A stretch of DNA of 64,000 bases from an uncultured delta proteobacterium. GTDB taxonomy: Bacteria; Desulfobacterota; Desulfobaccia; Desulfobaccales; 0-14-0-80-60-11. The first letter of the stretch is position 1, and each line of letters begins with the position of its first letter. The notes under the pieces were generated by a model. It had not been told where the DNA came from, did not search any database, and worked only from the letters and a program-made list of their open reading frames with translations. The translations under genes were made by a program, and so were the position numbers. Below, piece by piece: positions 1-11,151 of this stretch. The stretch is from the NCBI GenBank assembly GCA_963848565.1, contig CAWKEQ010000006.1, positions 16,666-80,665 of the forward strand, read 5' to 3'.

Positions 1-68
1 AGAGCTGACAGCCGTCGCACGAGGCGAATTTCCACACGGAGAGCCTGGGCTTGCGCTTCCTAGCCATG

Positions 69-908
69 TCACACCTCCCGCCGGTCGAACCAGTCTTTGA
101 CGCGGTCATAGCGGAACACCGGGCCGTCTTTGCAGACAAAGAACGGCCCCCACTGGCAGTGGCCGCAGAGGCCGATGCCGCATTTCATGCTGCGCTCCAT
201 GGACACGTAGATCTGCTCGGGCGTCAGGCCGTGGCTCATCAGTTCCAGCACGGTGAAGCGCATCATCACCCCGGGGCCGCAGACCAGGGCCACGGTGCTG
301 GGAGGATCGAACCGGGCCCGGGAGATAATCTTGGTCACCACACCGACGTTGCTGTGCCATTCACCTTCCGCCGAGTCCACCGTGACGTGCACCCGGAGGT
401 CGAAGCGGCCCCGCCAGCGCTCCAGTTCCCGGGGGTAGAGCAGGTCCTTGGGGGTTCGGGCGCCGTAGATCACCTCGATGTTGCCGAACTCGCCCCGATG
501 GTGCAGCAGGTGATACAAGGCCGGCCGCAAGGGCGCCAACCCCAGGCCGCCGGCGATAATCAGAACGTCCTCACCCGCCACCCGGTCCACCGGCCAGGGG
601 ACGCCGAAGGGACCCCGCACCCCCAGCACCTCCCCTTTTTTCAAGCGGCAGATGACCCGGGTGACGTTCCCCACGTCCCGGACGGTATGCACCAGGGTTT
701 CGGGCGCGGCCGGGTCGCCGCTGATGGAGATGGGCACCTCGCCGGCCCCGAAGGCATAGAGCATGTTGAACTGGCCCGGGGCAAAGGCAAAGTTCGTGGC
801 GCCGCCGGCTTGGGTCAGGTCCAGGGTATAGGTGTCGGCGGTCTCCCGCTTCACTTTCTGGACCACAAAAGGGGTTGGTAGCATGGGGTCCGGCAGGTTT
901 GCTTGCAT
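69..908 (-). CDS. FAD/NAD(P)-binding oxidoreductase with C-terminal 2Fe-2S motif (AsrB / sulfhydrogenase gamma-like)
   Basis: 279-aa ORF; nucleotide-binding loop [11 protein letters not shown] and C-terminal CGIGLCGHC cluster motif; last gene of a three-gene minus-strand unit. Confidence 0.8.
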   Translation of the reverse strand: MQANLPDPMLPTPFVVQKVKRETADTYTLDLTQAGGATNFAFAPGQFNMLYAFGAGEVPISISGDPAAPETLVHTVRDVGNVTRVICRLKKGEVLGVRGPFGVPWPVDRVAGEDVLIIAGGLGLAPLRPALYHLLHHRGEFGNIEVIYGARTPKDLLYPRELERWRGRFDLRVHVTVDSAEGEWHSNVGVVTKIISRARFDPPSTVALVCGPGVMMRFTVLELMSHGLTPEQIYVSMERSMKCGIGLCGHCQWGPFFVCKDGPVFRYDRVKDWFDRREV

Positions 909-1012
909 ATGCCTTCCTGGTGTTTGGTCAGGGAGCCCTGTGGGGGCGGGTTTAAAACCCGTCCCTAGGGTCAGATATCATGAAATTCCGGGAATCCCCC
1001 GAGCCCCAGCCG

Positions 1013-1468
1013 TCAATCTCCATAAAAATCGGCCTGTTGGGCATTGGTCGCCCGGAACTGCACCGCCAGGTAATGGGCGTAGCGCCGCATGAGCTCATAG
1101 CCGAAATCATGGTCCTGGTTGCAGCGGTCCATGAGCCCTTGGACATCCAGGCTGATGACCCGGGTCAGATCCAGGGCCTTGGCATCCAGGTGCCAGTGAT
1201 ACGGCTGGTCGAACCACAGCCACCCCAGGGCCTCGCCTTCTCCGAGGGTTTGGATGGTGACCGCTCCCCGGCGGGGCCGGTAGATTTCCACCGCCACCCG
1301 GCCATGATGAATCACATAAAACTTCCGGGCTTCTTCCTCATCCCGGCACAAAAATTGTCCCCGGGTGAAGGTCCGGCGTTCGGCGCACTCGACGATGAGC
1401 TTGAGATAGCGGGAATCCAGGCCCTTGCAAAAAGGGTGAGCCGCCAGAATGGGTGTCATGGTTTCCAT
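1013..1468 (-). CDS. cyclic nucleotide-binding domain protein (stand-alone cNMP domain)
   Basis: 151-aa ORF; cNMP beta-barrel-like stretch FLCRDEEEARKFYVIHHGRVAVE...LGEGEALGW; no HTH domain follows. Confidence 0.7.
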   Translation of the reverse strand: METMTPILAAHPFCKGLDSRYLKLIVECAERRTFTRGQFLCRDEEEARKFYVIHHGRVAVEIYRPRRGAVTIQTLGEGEALGWLWFDQPYHWHLDAKALDLTRVISLDVQGLMDRCNQDHDFGYELMRRYAHYLAVQFRATNAQQADFYGD

Positions 1469-1472
1469 GAAG

Positions 1473-2624
1473 CTACTCCTTCGGAGGTCCTGGGGGAGTT
1501 TCCCGGAGGGCCCGGGCTTCCTCGGTGAGGTCGATGCCCACGGGACACCAGGTGATGCAGCGCCCGCAGCCCACGCAGCCCGAGCAGCCGAACTGGTCGA
1601 TCCAGGTGGCCAGCTTGTGGGTCAACCACTGGCGGTACCGGGACTTGGGCGAGGTCCGGATGCTGCCGCCGTGCAGATAGGAGAAATCCACGGTGAAGCA
1701 GGAGTCCAGAGATCGCCGCCGTTCGGCCACCGCGCCGGTCAGGTCCAGGGAATCCTCCAGGGTATGGCAAAAACAGGTGGGGCAGACCATGGTGCAGTTG
1801 CCGCAATTCAGGCAGCGGGCGGCCACCTCATCCCAGCGGGGATGTTCATAGCTGGCGTAAAATAAATCTTTAATACCGGTGGTATCGAGCTTCCGGCCCA
1901 TGTTCTTGGCCACGGCCGCCACCAGCCGGGCCGCGGCGTCAATCTCCGTTTGGGCGGCCACGCTCTGGGGCACCTGCCGGATAATCCCGGCCCCCCGGTC
2001 GGTGCCGATCTCCACCAGGAAAAAATGCTCACCGCCCTCAAGCACCTCCGTCAGGGCCAGGTCAAACCCCGTGGCGGCCCGGGGACCGGTCCCCATGGAG
2101 GCGCAGAAACACGTGCCCCGGTCCTGGTGAGCGCAATTCACCGCTACAATGAAGGCCTGCTCCCGGCGGGTTTTGTAGGTGGGATCGACGTGGGCGCCAT
2201 GGAGAAACACCCGATCCTGCACGGCCATGGCGTTAAGTTCGCAGGCCCGGACACCCAGGAAGGCAAATTGGGGAACCTCCCCGGTCTGGGGGCTGACCCG
2301 CCAGCCGCTGCCCTCTCTTTGGGCCTGCCACAGAATCTGGCAAGGCGGCAGGAGAAACTGCTTCCAGGACTGCTGGCCCACGGCGAAGCCGAAGAAGGCC
2401 TCATCCGGGCGTGGTTCCAGGTGAAAGGTTCCGGCCTCCTGGAAAGCGGCCCAGCCGATGGGCAAATCCGCAACTTTGTCGATCTCCCCATAGATCAGCT
2501 GGCCGTCTTCCAGGGTGGGGCCCACCACCTGATAGCCCCGGGCGGCCAGGACGTCCAGCAGAGGCTGGAAATCTGTGGCTGCCAACCTCAGCCGCGCCCC
2601 GACCTGAAGAGAAGATGCTGTCAT
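1473..2624 (-). CDS. 4Fe-4S dicluster protein (AsrA / hydrogenase beta-like)
   Basis: ORF 1473..2696 trimmed to Met25 (ATG at 2624, GGGAGG about 10 nt upstream); ferredoxin motifs [12 protein letters not shown] and [12 protein letters not shown]. Confidence 0.75.
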   Translation of the reverse strand: MTASSLQVGARLRLAATDFQPLLDVLAARGYQVVGPTLEDGQLIYGEIDKVADLPIGWAAFQEAGTFHLEPRPDEAFFGFAVGQQSWKQFLLPPCQILWQAQREGSGWRVSPQTGEVPQFAFLGVRACELNAMAVQDRVFLHGAHVDPTYKTRREQAFIVAVNCAHQDRGTCFCASMGTGPRAATGFDLALTEVLEGGEHFFLVEIGTDRGAGIIRQVPQSVAAQTEIDAAARLVAAVAKNMGRKLDTTGIKDLFYASYEHPRWDEVAARCLNCGNCTMVCPTCFCHTLEDSLDLTGAVAERRRSLDSCFTVDFSYLHGGSIRTSPKSRYRQWLTHKLATWIDQFGCSGCVGCGRCITWCPVGIDLTEEARALRETPPGPPKE

Positions 2625-2955
2625 AGATTTATCGGCCTCCCTGTCCCGAACACCCCCACGTCCCCAAACCGCCGCAGGCTCCCGGTGGTTCACCAACCCC
2701 TCAATACACTATAGGACCCTCCGGGAATGGCGTCAAGGGACATCCGCCGGAGACCTATCCAGAAGCCCCGACTGGGTTCGGCGTATCAACCAGCATCGGC
2801 GTTTTGACCATGAGCATGCAACCGCGGCGGGATTAAGAGAAGATGGGGGAGGGAAATAGGGCTCTATTTCCCTCCCCCCGGGCCAGTGGTGGAAGGAGGC
2901 AGGTGGACTGATTGAGAAGGCGACCGTTAGAGGTGCTTACTGCTCCAATAGTCCG

Positions 2956-3294
2956 TTACTTCAATTTGGGAGTCGCCAGAGGTGGCAGCTTTTCCATTTC
3001 CGGCGCCTCTTTGAGATAAACGATCCCGTAGGCTTTTTCCTCAAAAAGTCTGGGATTGAGTTTTTTCATCACGGCGGCCTCTTCCGGGCCGATCATGCGC
3101 ACCCCGCCGTATTGATCGACGATGGCAAACTTCTCCCCCTTGAGGAGACAGTTATTCACCGTCATTTCACCCTTCAAGTTCTGATTGGATACGCACACCA
3201 GTTTTTCCGCCCAGGCGCTGGAAGCCAGGAGCAAGCAGACGGTCAACGCCATAAGGCCACAGATGATTTTGCTCCGCATTTTTTGTCTCTCCAT
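2956..3294 (-). CDS. small secreted hypothetical protein
   Basis: 112-aa ORF with N-terminal signal-peptide-like segment (ICGLMALTVCLLLASSAWA); same strand as the amt-glnK-porin genes. Confidence 0.5.
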   Translation of the reverse strand: MERQKMRSKIICGLMALTVCLLLASSAWAEKLVCVSNQNLKGEMTVNNCLLKGEKFAIVDQYGGVRMIGPEEAAVMKKLNPRLFEEKAYGIVYLKEAPEMEKLPPLATPKLK

Positions 3295-3376
3295 ATATAA
3301 GGATTACTAAATTAAACCTTAAGCATTTCTAGGGACCTGTGCAACTCCGGGCCCACCGCGGGGCCTGGTCATGCCC

Positions 3377-4276
3377 CTAAAAATTGACCGCGAGATTGAC
3401 GCCGCCCAGGATATGGTTATGTTGCCCGTCCCACGACAGGGCGTTGAGGGTGCCGGTGGACTGGCCCCCCAGGCCATACCAGTATTGGACCTTGGGAGCA
3501 ACGACCACATATTTGCCCACCGGGATGTTAAGAGTTACGCCGAGGTAACCGGCGTGGAGCGACTGGTAAAATTTGTTCTCCAGCTCACCGGAGGAATTAT
3601 ATACGGGATAAGCCGCCTTATCATTGGAAAATTCAGCGCTCCAACTGGCCATCAGATCCAGGTTCATGCCTTCCATCAAGGGGATATCAATGGCCCGGTG
3701 GATGTACCACTGGAGAAAGGTGCCGGGGAAGTGATTCACTTCCCGGTAGACGCCAAAGCCAAAATTGAACCAGGGCAACTTGTAGTCGGCCCCGCCGTAA
3801 ATTTCTACAGAATTGTAAGCGGAATTAGCCCCGGAGAGGAGGTAAATAATGGTACCCCCGGTCAGAGTCAAGTTGGTGATAACTTCCCGGCTGTACGAAA
3901 AAGTCAGGTCCGTCTCATTCCAATGAGCCTTTTTGTCATTGGGCCGGGTCAAACTGAAAGGGTTTTGCTCCGACAGGTCGAAGTTGTTCCAGACGTTGAA
4001 GGCGATGCCCTTATAAGTCCCGGTTAAAGACGGCTGGATCACCACGCTGTTCTTGCTCAGGGCGATGCCACGCCAGACATACTGACTGAGAATGTCAGTC
4101 TGCACATTCCAGGCCGGCTTCTCCGGCTCCTGAGCCGCTTCCGCTTTGGCCTCCACCTTCTTGAGATCTTCGGATTTGGTCTCATCCGCCAGCCCGGCCG
4201 GCACCCACCAGGTCATCAGGCCTACCATCAAGCCCATGACGATTACCCACTTACTCTTCACCCCTAATCTCTCCAT
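3377..4276 (-). CDS. putative outer-membrane porin (TorF/Gcw_chp-like)
   Basis: 299-aa ORF; signal peptide, alternating beta-strand pattern, C-terminal Phe; motif SQYVWRGIALS...IQPSL typical of TorF-like porins; directly downstream of amt-glnK. Confidence 0.6.
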   Translation of the reverse strand: MERLGVKSKWVIVMGLMVGLMTWWVPAGLADETKSEDLKKVEAKAEAAQEPEKPAWNVQTDILSQYVWRGIALSKNSVVIQPSLTGTYKGIAFNVWNNFDLSEQNPFSLTRPNDKKAHWNETDLTFSYSREVITNLTLTGGTIIYLLSGANSAYNSVEIYGGADYKLPWFNFGFGVYREVNHFPGTFLQWYIHRAIDIPLMEGMNLDLMASWSAEFSNDKAAYPVYNSSGELENKFYQSLHAGYLGVTLNIPVGKYVVVAPKVQYWYGLGGQSTGTLNALSWDGQHNHILGGVNLAVNF

Positions 4277-4378
4277 ACCACTTCTCCTTTGTCGGTTTAT
4301 AATCGGCTCGCAGGGTGCGAACGCAATCTTAGTAGTACAGACGGGGAGCGGAGCTCTCCTCCTCCCTCCCCGCCGGAC

Positions 4379-4795
<417 letters not shown>

Positions 4796-6406
4796 TTACC
4801 CCTGACCATTAGCCGCTTCCTCCCGCTTCCCCTTGATCACGGAAAAGTCGGGATAGGACAGGATACCGGTTTCCGGGATATCCAGGCCGCCAAGTTCGGC
4901 CTCGGGAGAAACCCGGTTGCCCATGATAACATCCACCAGCTTGAAGAAGGCGTAGGAGACGATAAATACAAAAATAACATTGGCTATGACATCGATGAAC
5001 TGGGCCAGCAATTGGGAGGCGTCCCCATAAAAGAGACCGGTGACCGTCCCCTTGACGGTGTTCCAGGCGTCGCCATACGTGCCGTCGGCAAACAGCCCCA
5101 GGGCAATAATCCCCCAGGCGCCGCAAACGCCGTGCACCGAGACCGCGCCCACGGGATCGTCCACCTTCAGGGTCCGCTCTACGAACAAAACGCTGTAAAT
5201 AACCACCACACCGGCAATGCCACCGATGAGCACCGCACTGGGGGCGGTCACAAAGGCGCAGGGAGCGGTGATGGCCACCAGGCCCGCCAGCAGGCCATTG
5301 GCGCACATGGTGGGGTCGGGCTTACCGAACTTCAGCCACATGACGATCATGGCAAACAGGGCCCCGGAGGCCGAAGCCAGCATGGTATTGGTGGCAATGA
5401 CGCCGATCCTCAGGTCGGTCCCCGCCAGGGTGGACCCGGGGTTAAACCCGAACCAGCCGAAGGCCAGGATCAGAGTGCCGATGATGGCCATGGGGATATG
5501 GTGACCCGGAATGGCGTTGGGGGTCCCATCCTTTTTGAACTTCCCGATCCTGGGCCCCAGGACGATGGCCCCGGCCAGGGCCGTAACCCCGCCCGTCATG
5601 TGGACCACGCTGGAACCGGCAAAATCCACGGCGCCGTGACCCAGCCCAAAATTAGCCCCCAATTGCGACAACCAGCCGCCTCCCCAGACCCAGTTACCGA
5701 AAATGGGATAGGTAATCATGGAAATGAAAAAGCCGTAAACGACAAAAGCCGAGAACTTCCACCGTTCCGCCATGGCCCCGGTGGGGATGGTGGCGGCGGT
5801 GTCCATGAAGACCATCTGGAACAGGAAGAGGGTAAAGATCGCCACGTCATAAACCCCGGGGCCGGCCAGAAAAAAGCCCTTATAGCCCATGATGCCGAAG
5901 TCCTTGCCGAATAAATTCAGGACCACCTCGGAGTTCAAATTGGCGCCCATGCCCAGGGCCGCCACCTGCCCCACCCCCCCGAACATGAAGGCAAAGCCGC
6001 AAATCCAGAAGCCTAACATGCCGATGGCGTAAACCATCATGTTCATCAGCATGGTATGGGAGGCGTTCTTGGCCCGGGTAAAGCCGGTTTCCACCATGGC
6101 GAAACCCGCTTGCATAAACATGACTAAAAAGCCGGTGATCAGGGTCCACACCATGTTGATGGAGATCTTGTTGTGGCCCACCGCCTCGGCAATTTCCATG
6201 AGCACGGGTTTGCCCGCTTCTTTGGCGGTGACGTCCTTGACCGTGCCGGTGGTGGCTCCGGTCGGATCGGGAACATCGGTAACTACAGGTGCCGCGGCGA
6301 CCGCCGGAGCTGTCGCCGGTTCGTCCGCCCGGGTCACGAAGGGTAAAGCCAGCATGATAACCATGATGGTCAGAGTAAAGATCAGTGCTACGCGTCGATG
6401 ATTCAC
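4796..6406 (-). CDS. amt: ammonium transporter (Amt family) with long N-terminal signal/linker extension
   Basis: 536-aa ORF; Amt core (FMQAGFAMVETG, AVDFAGSSVVH, multiple TM segments); about 90-aa Ala/Pro/Val/Thr-rich N-terminal extension after a signal peptide. Confidence 0.93.
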   Translation of the reverse strand: MNHRRVALIFTLTIMVIMLALPFVTRADEPATAPAVAAAPVVTDVPDPTGATTGTVKDVTAKEAGKPVLMEIAEAVGHNKISINMVWTLITGFLVMFMQAGFAMVETGFTRAKNASHTMLMNMMVYAIGMLGFWICGFAFMFGGVGQVAALGMGANLNSEVVLNLFGKDFGIMGYKGFFLAGPGVYDVAIFTLFLFQMVFMDTAATIPTGAMAERWKFSAFVVYGFFISMITYPIFGNWVWGGGWLSQLGANFGLGHGAVDFAGSSVVHMTGGVTALAGAIVLGPRIGKFKKDGTPNAIPGHHIPMAIIGTLILAFGWFGFNPGSTLAGTDLRIGVIATNTMLASASGALFAMIVMWLKFGKPDPTMCANGLLAGLVAITAPCAFVTAPSAVLIGGIAGVVVIYSVLFVERTLKVDDPVGAVSVHGVCGAWGIIALGLFADGTYGDAWNTVKGTVTGLFYGDASQLLAQFIDVIANVIFVFIVSYAFFKLVDVIMGNRVSPEAELGGLDIPETGILSYPDFSVIKGKREEAANGQG

Positions 6407-6463
6407 CGTGATATCCCCTCTTTTAGTATTTTAATTGATGAGAGCGCTCCTGGTGAATGTTAA

Positions 6464-6478
6464 GCAATTGTTATGCCA
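6464..6478 (-). promoter_or_regulatory. sigma-54 (-24/-12) promoter of amt-glnK-porin unit
   Basis: minus strand reads TGGCAT-AACAA-TTGCT, about 58 nt upstream of the amt ATG (6406). Confidence 0.75.
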
Positions 6479-6748
6479 TTTTTATTATCAATAAAATCAA
6501 TTGGTTATGTTTTTAGCTCCCTTAATCGTATTACGTTAATGTAAGTTAGCTCCAGTTTATTCACCATTTATGTACTATTCTTGTCAAGGCGGGAGGGTAC
6601 CATCTTCTGGGTAACTTATTGAAATACAGCATAATAGTGTAATATAGGCGGGGCTGATGCAGTAGTGTGGGGCAGGAGAAACGCTTTGCGCCGCGGTTAA
6701 AGGTCTCGGAGGAAGCCCGTAGGCTCCCTCCGACCCCCGGAGTCCACG

Positions 6749-8326
<1,578 letters not shown>

Positions 8327-8370
8327 AACGCCAAATCTCCTCGCACGGGAATTTATGACACTTGACGTAA

Positions 8371-8385
8371 GCAAATCCCGTGCCA
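8371..8385 (-). promoter_or_regulatory. sigma-54 (-24/-12) promoter of amtB-glnK
   Basis: minus strand reads TGGCAC-GGGAT-TTGCT, 45 nt upstream of ATG 8326; the -12 region TTGCTTA is identical to the promoter at 6464..6478. Confidence 0.8.
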
Positions 8386-8771
8386 CCACTTATTCTCATA
8401 AATTCAGTAAGTTATCTGACCAGGGCTTTTCCTCTGTGTACATTTAAGTAATAACATAGGCTTTTTCTCTACATTTATGGTAGTTTGTACCCCTATTTTT
8501 CACAGTTTTATCACTATCAGCGACAATCTTGTAGATTGCCCTGGTAACATATTTGTTGACAATTTACTTCCCTCGCCAAGCCTCGTCTCCCTGCCGCGTT
8601 CCCCGGTTCAGGCCCCCATACCGGCCCCCGCCCCTCCCTCTGGTCAGGTGGCTTTACAAAGTTGTCCGGGGCCCCGGCGCTTCGCTCAGGTTTGCAGAGA
8701 TCATCCCCCCGCCGGCCGGAATGTCACCGACCCCCTGCCTCCTCTCAGCGCCGGCCTCAGCCGGGGCTGCT

Positions 8772-8947
8772 TAAGAGCGTTTACCAAAAGTATTCTGCGA
8801 TGGCGGCATCATTCTAATCCCCCCTACCCCCCTTGAGAAAAGGGGGGAACTATAAGGAATTGTTGCTAAAGTAAATCTTTGGCAAAGGGAGATTTAGGGG
8901 GATTTGAAAACCATCGATGGGAAAGGACTTTAGACAAACGCCAAATA
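8772..8947. repeat. MITE-like palindromic element, diverged copy 1 of 3
   Basis: Aligns by eye to 17194..17368 and 58720..58894 (core CATTCTAATCCCCCCTA...GGGGAACTATAAGGAATTG...TTTAGGGGGATTT); the ends are degenerate in this copy. Confidence 0.7.
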
Positions 8948-9181
8948 GAGGCGCACTCCGGGGAGGGAGGGAAGGGAATGGAAATCAGAAGCAAAGGGGC
9001 GTTAATGTTGCGGGGACGAAGGGAAGAAGCGCCGGCCCGGCCTGAAGGCGCCTCCGGCCCCTTTGTCCCGGGCCATGCTCCTGGATCTTCCCCAGGAGGC
9101 GGGACGAGAACCGGTCAGGGGAGGGCGGACAAATCCTTGGCGAGGGATACGGGAAAGCGAAGAAAATCCCCGGCCCTTGCG

Positions 9182-10162
9182 TTAATTTGCGACTTCTTCC
9201 AAGGCCTGCCAGGCCAGGCGGGCGGCTCCCACCAGGCCGGCGTCGTCTCCCAGTTCCGCCGGACAGACGCTCACCGCCTCCGGGGGAAACAGGGTGAGGC
9301 GCCGGTGCAGCTCCTCATGCAGGGGGGATTGAAACAGCTCCCAGGCCCGGGCAAAGCGGCCCCCGATGACCACCCGGGAGAGTCCCAGGAGGTGGACCAC
9401 CCCGGCAATAGCCTGCCCCAGGCTGCGCCCGACCCGGTCAAAGGCCCGCCGGGCCAGGGGATCCCCCTGGAGGGCGGCCACGACCAGGGTTTGCCCCCCA
9501 ATGGCGTCGGGGTCGGCCGCATAGAGCTCCCGCAGCCAGGAAGCAGCCCCCTGGGCCAGTTGTTCCTTGACCCAGGCCACGGTCCAGGAACCCGAGGCCA
9601 TGGTTTCCAGGCAGCCCCGGTTGCCGCAGTGGCATTTGGCTCCCTCCGGGTCCACGGTCAGGTGGCCGATTTCCCCGCTCGTGCCTTGGGTGCCGGACCA
9701 CAACCGGCCGTTGAGGATCAGCCCGCCGCCCACGCCGGTGCCCAGGGTGATCCCCAGCATCTGGTCATGGCCCCTGCCGGCCCCCAGCCAGTGCTCCCCC
9801 AGGGCGAAGAGGTTGGCGTCGTTTTCCAGGGACAGGGGAAAGTTGACCCGGAGGGCCAGGAGGTCAATCAGGCGGCAGTCGTCCAAGGCCGGGATGTTAG
9901 GGGAAAAGACCACCCGGCCTTCTCCTGGCAGAACCCGCCCGGGGACCCCGAGGCCGGCGCTTTTGATCTCAAAACCCCTTTCCTGGGCGGCGGCGCCGGC
10001 CTTGGCAAATTCACCCGCCAGAGCCGCCACCAGGGCCGCCTGATCGGGTGTTTCGGCCGTGGCCCATTCCCACCGGGTCAGAATTTTTCCCTCGGGGCTT
10101 ACCAAAGCCAGGCGGACATTGGTCCCCCCCAGGTCAATGCCTACCACTGCCGAGTCTTGCAT
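9182..10162 (-). CDS. ROK family sugar kinase (glucokinase-like)
   Basis: 326-aa ORF; GIDLGGTN ATP-binding start, ROK Zn motif CHCGNRGCLE. Confidence 0.85.
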   Translation of the reverse strand: MQDSAVVGIDLGGTNVRLALVSPEGKILTRWEWATAETPDQAALVAALAGEFAKAGAAAQERGFEIKSAGLGVPGRVLPGEGRVVFSPNIPALDDCRLIDLLALRVNFPLSLENDANLFALGEHWLGAGRGHDQMLGITLGTGVGGGLILNGRLWSGTQGTSGEIGHLTVDPEGAKCHCGNRGCLETMASGSWTVAWVKEQLAQGAASWLRELYAADPDAIGGQTLVVAALQGDPLARRAFDRVGRSLGQAIAGVVHLLGLSRVVIGGRFARAWELFQSPLHEELHRRLTLFPPEAVSVCPAELGDDAGLVGAARLAWQALEEVAN

Positions 10163-10834
10163 CTCGCGCCCCCCATGGCTGAATTTCGTTCCATCTCAGG
10201 CAAAATCTCCGCCAGCTCGGCCGGCGGAATCGCCCCGGCCCGGACCAGGCGGGGTGGGGAATCGGTTACGTCCACAATGGTGGACGGCAAGCCCCCGGGA
10301 CAGGGGCCCGCCTCCAGGATCAGGTCCAAGTCGTCGCCGAACTCCCGGGCGACTTCGTCCGCCCTGATGAGGGGTTGATGACGCGGCGCGATTGGCGCTG
10401 GTCCCGGTTATGGGGTGTCCCAGTTCGGTGATCAGGCGGCAGGTGAGACTCTGGCGGGGCTGGCGCACCCCGATGGTCCCGGTGCCCCCGGTGAGCCGCC
10501 GGGGCAGATGCGGCAGGCTCGGGAAAATGATGGTCAGGGGGCCGGGCCAGAATTTTTCCATAAGCCGCCGGGCCAAACCCGGGACCTCCCGAGCCACCTG
10601 ATTGAGCATTTCCGGTCCATTCACCATCACCAGCACCGGTTTCTCCGGGCTCCGATCCTTGAGGGCAAAAAGGCGGACCAGGGCCTCAGCCTGAAAAGGG
10701 TTGACCGCCAGGGCGAAAAAAGTTTCCGTGGGCACCGCCATGATGCCGTGGCGCCCAAGGACCGCACGGGCCTCGTCCCAGAAAGCCCCGGCGTTCTCCT
10801 CCCGCCATGTCCAGATGCGTCCCATACGCCGCAT
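10141..10834 (-). pseudogene. tsaC: L-threonylcarbamoyladenylate synthase (TsaC/YrdC/Sua5 domain), apparent single frameshift
   Basis: N-terminal part (…PTETFFALAVNPF…ITGTSANR) in ORF 10196..10906. C-terminal part (PLIRADEVAREFGDDLDLILEAGPCPGGLPSTIVDV…) in another frame (ORF 10141..10329). The junction is near 10370..10395. Confidence 0.75.
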
Positions 10835-11151
10835 GATACCCTCAGGAGGCGCTGCTGGCAAGAATTGAGTCTCAGCTTGGGCCGGTGGAGACCAATTGAA
10901 CGTCAAACAGTGAGTATTGAACTAACGGATATATGAAAGAGGATAATTGACCGCCGCAGATTTTAGCCTGGGCCACCCAGAAAATGCTTTTTGCCTTTCC
11001 GCTGCTCCTCTTATATAGTGGGTCATGATTTTGCTAAGCCATGAAAGGGAGGGCCGGGCCCCCGGCGGGCGGATCGTGATTATGGTTCTTTCCCATTCCT
11101 GAGACCGATACATACCTTCAGGCTGGGCCCGGCGGTAAGACTTCAGAAAAT

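Noticed and set aside
8879-10378. 499-aa plus-strand ORF, the longest unexplained ORF in this region
   Set aside because: It is antisense to the well-supported ROK kinase and tsaC genes. Its translation is Gly/Pro/Arg/Ala-rich low complexity, typical of off-frame high-GC sequence, and it begins inside the diverged MITE copy.
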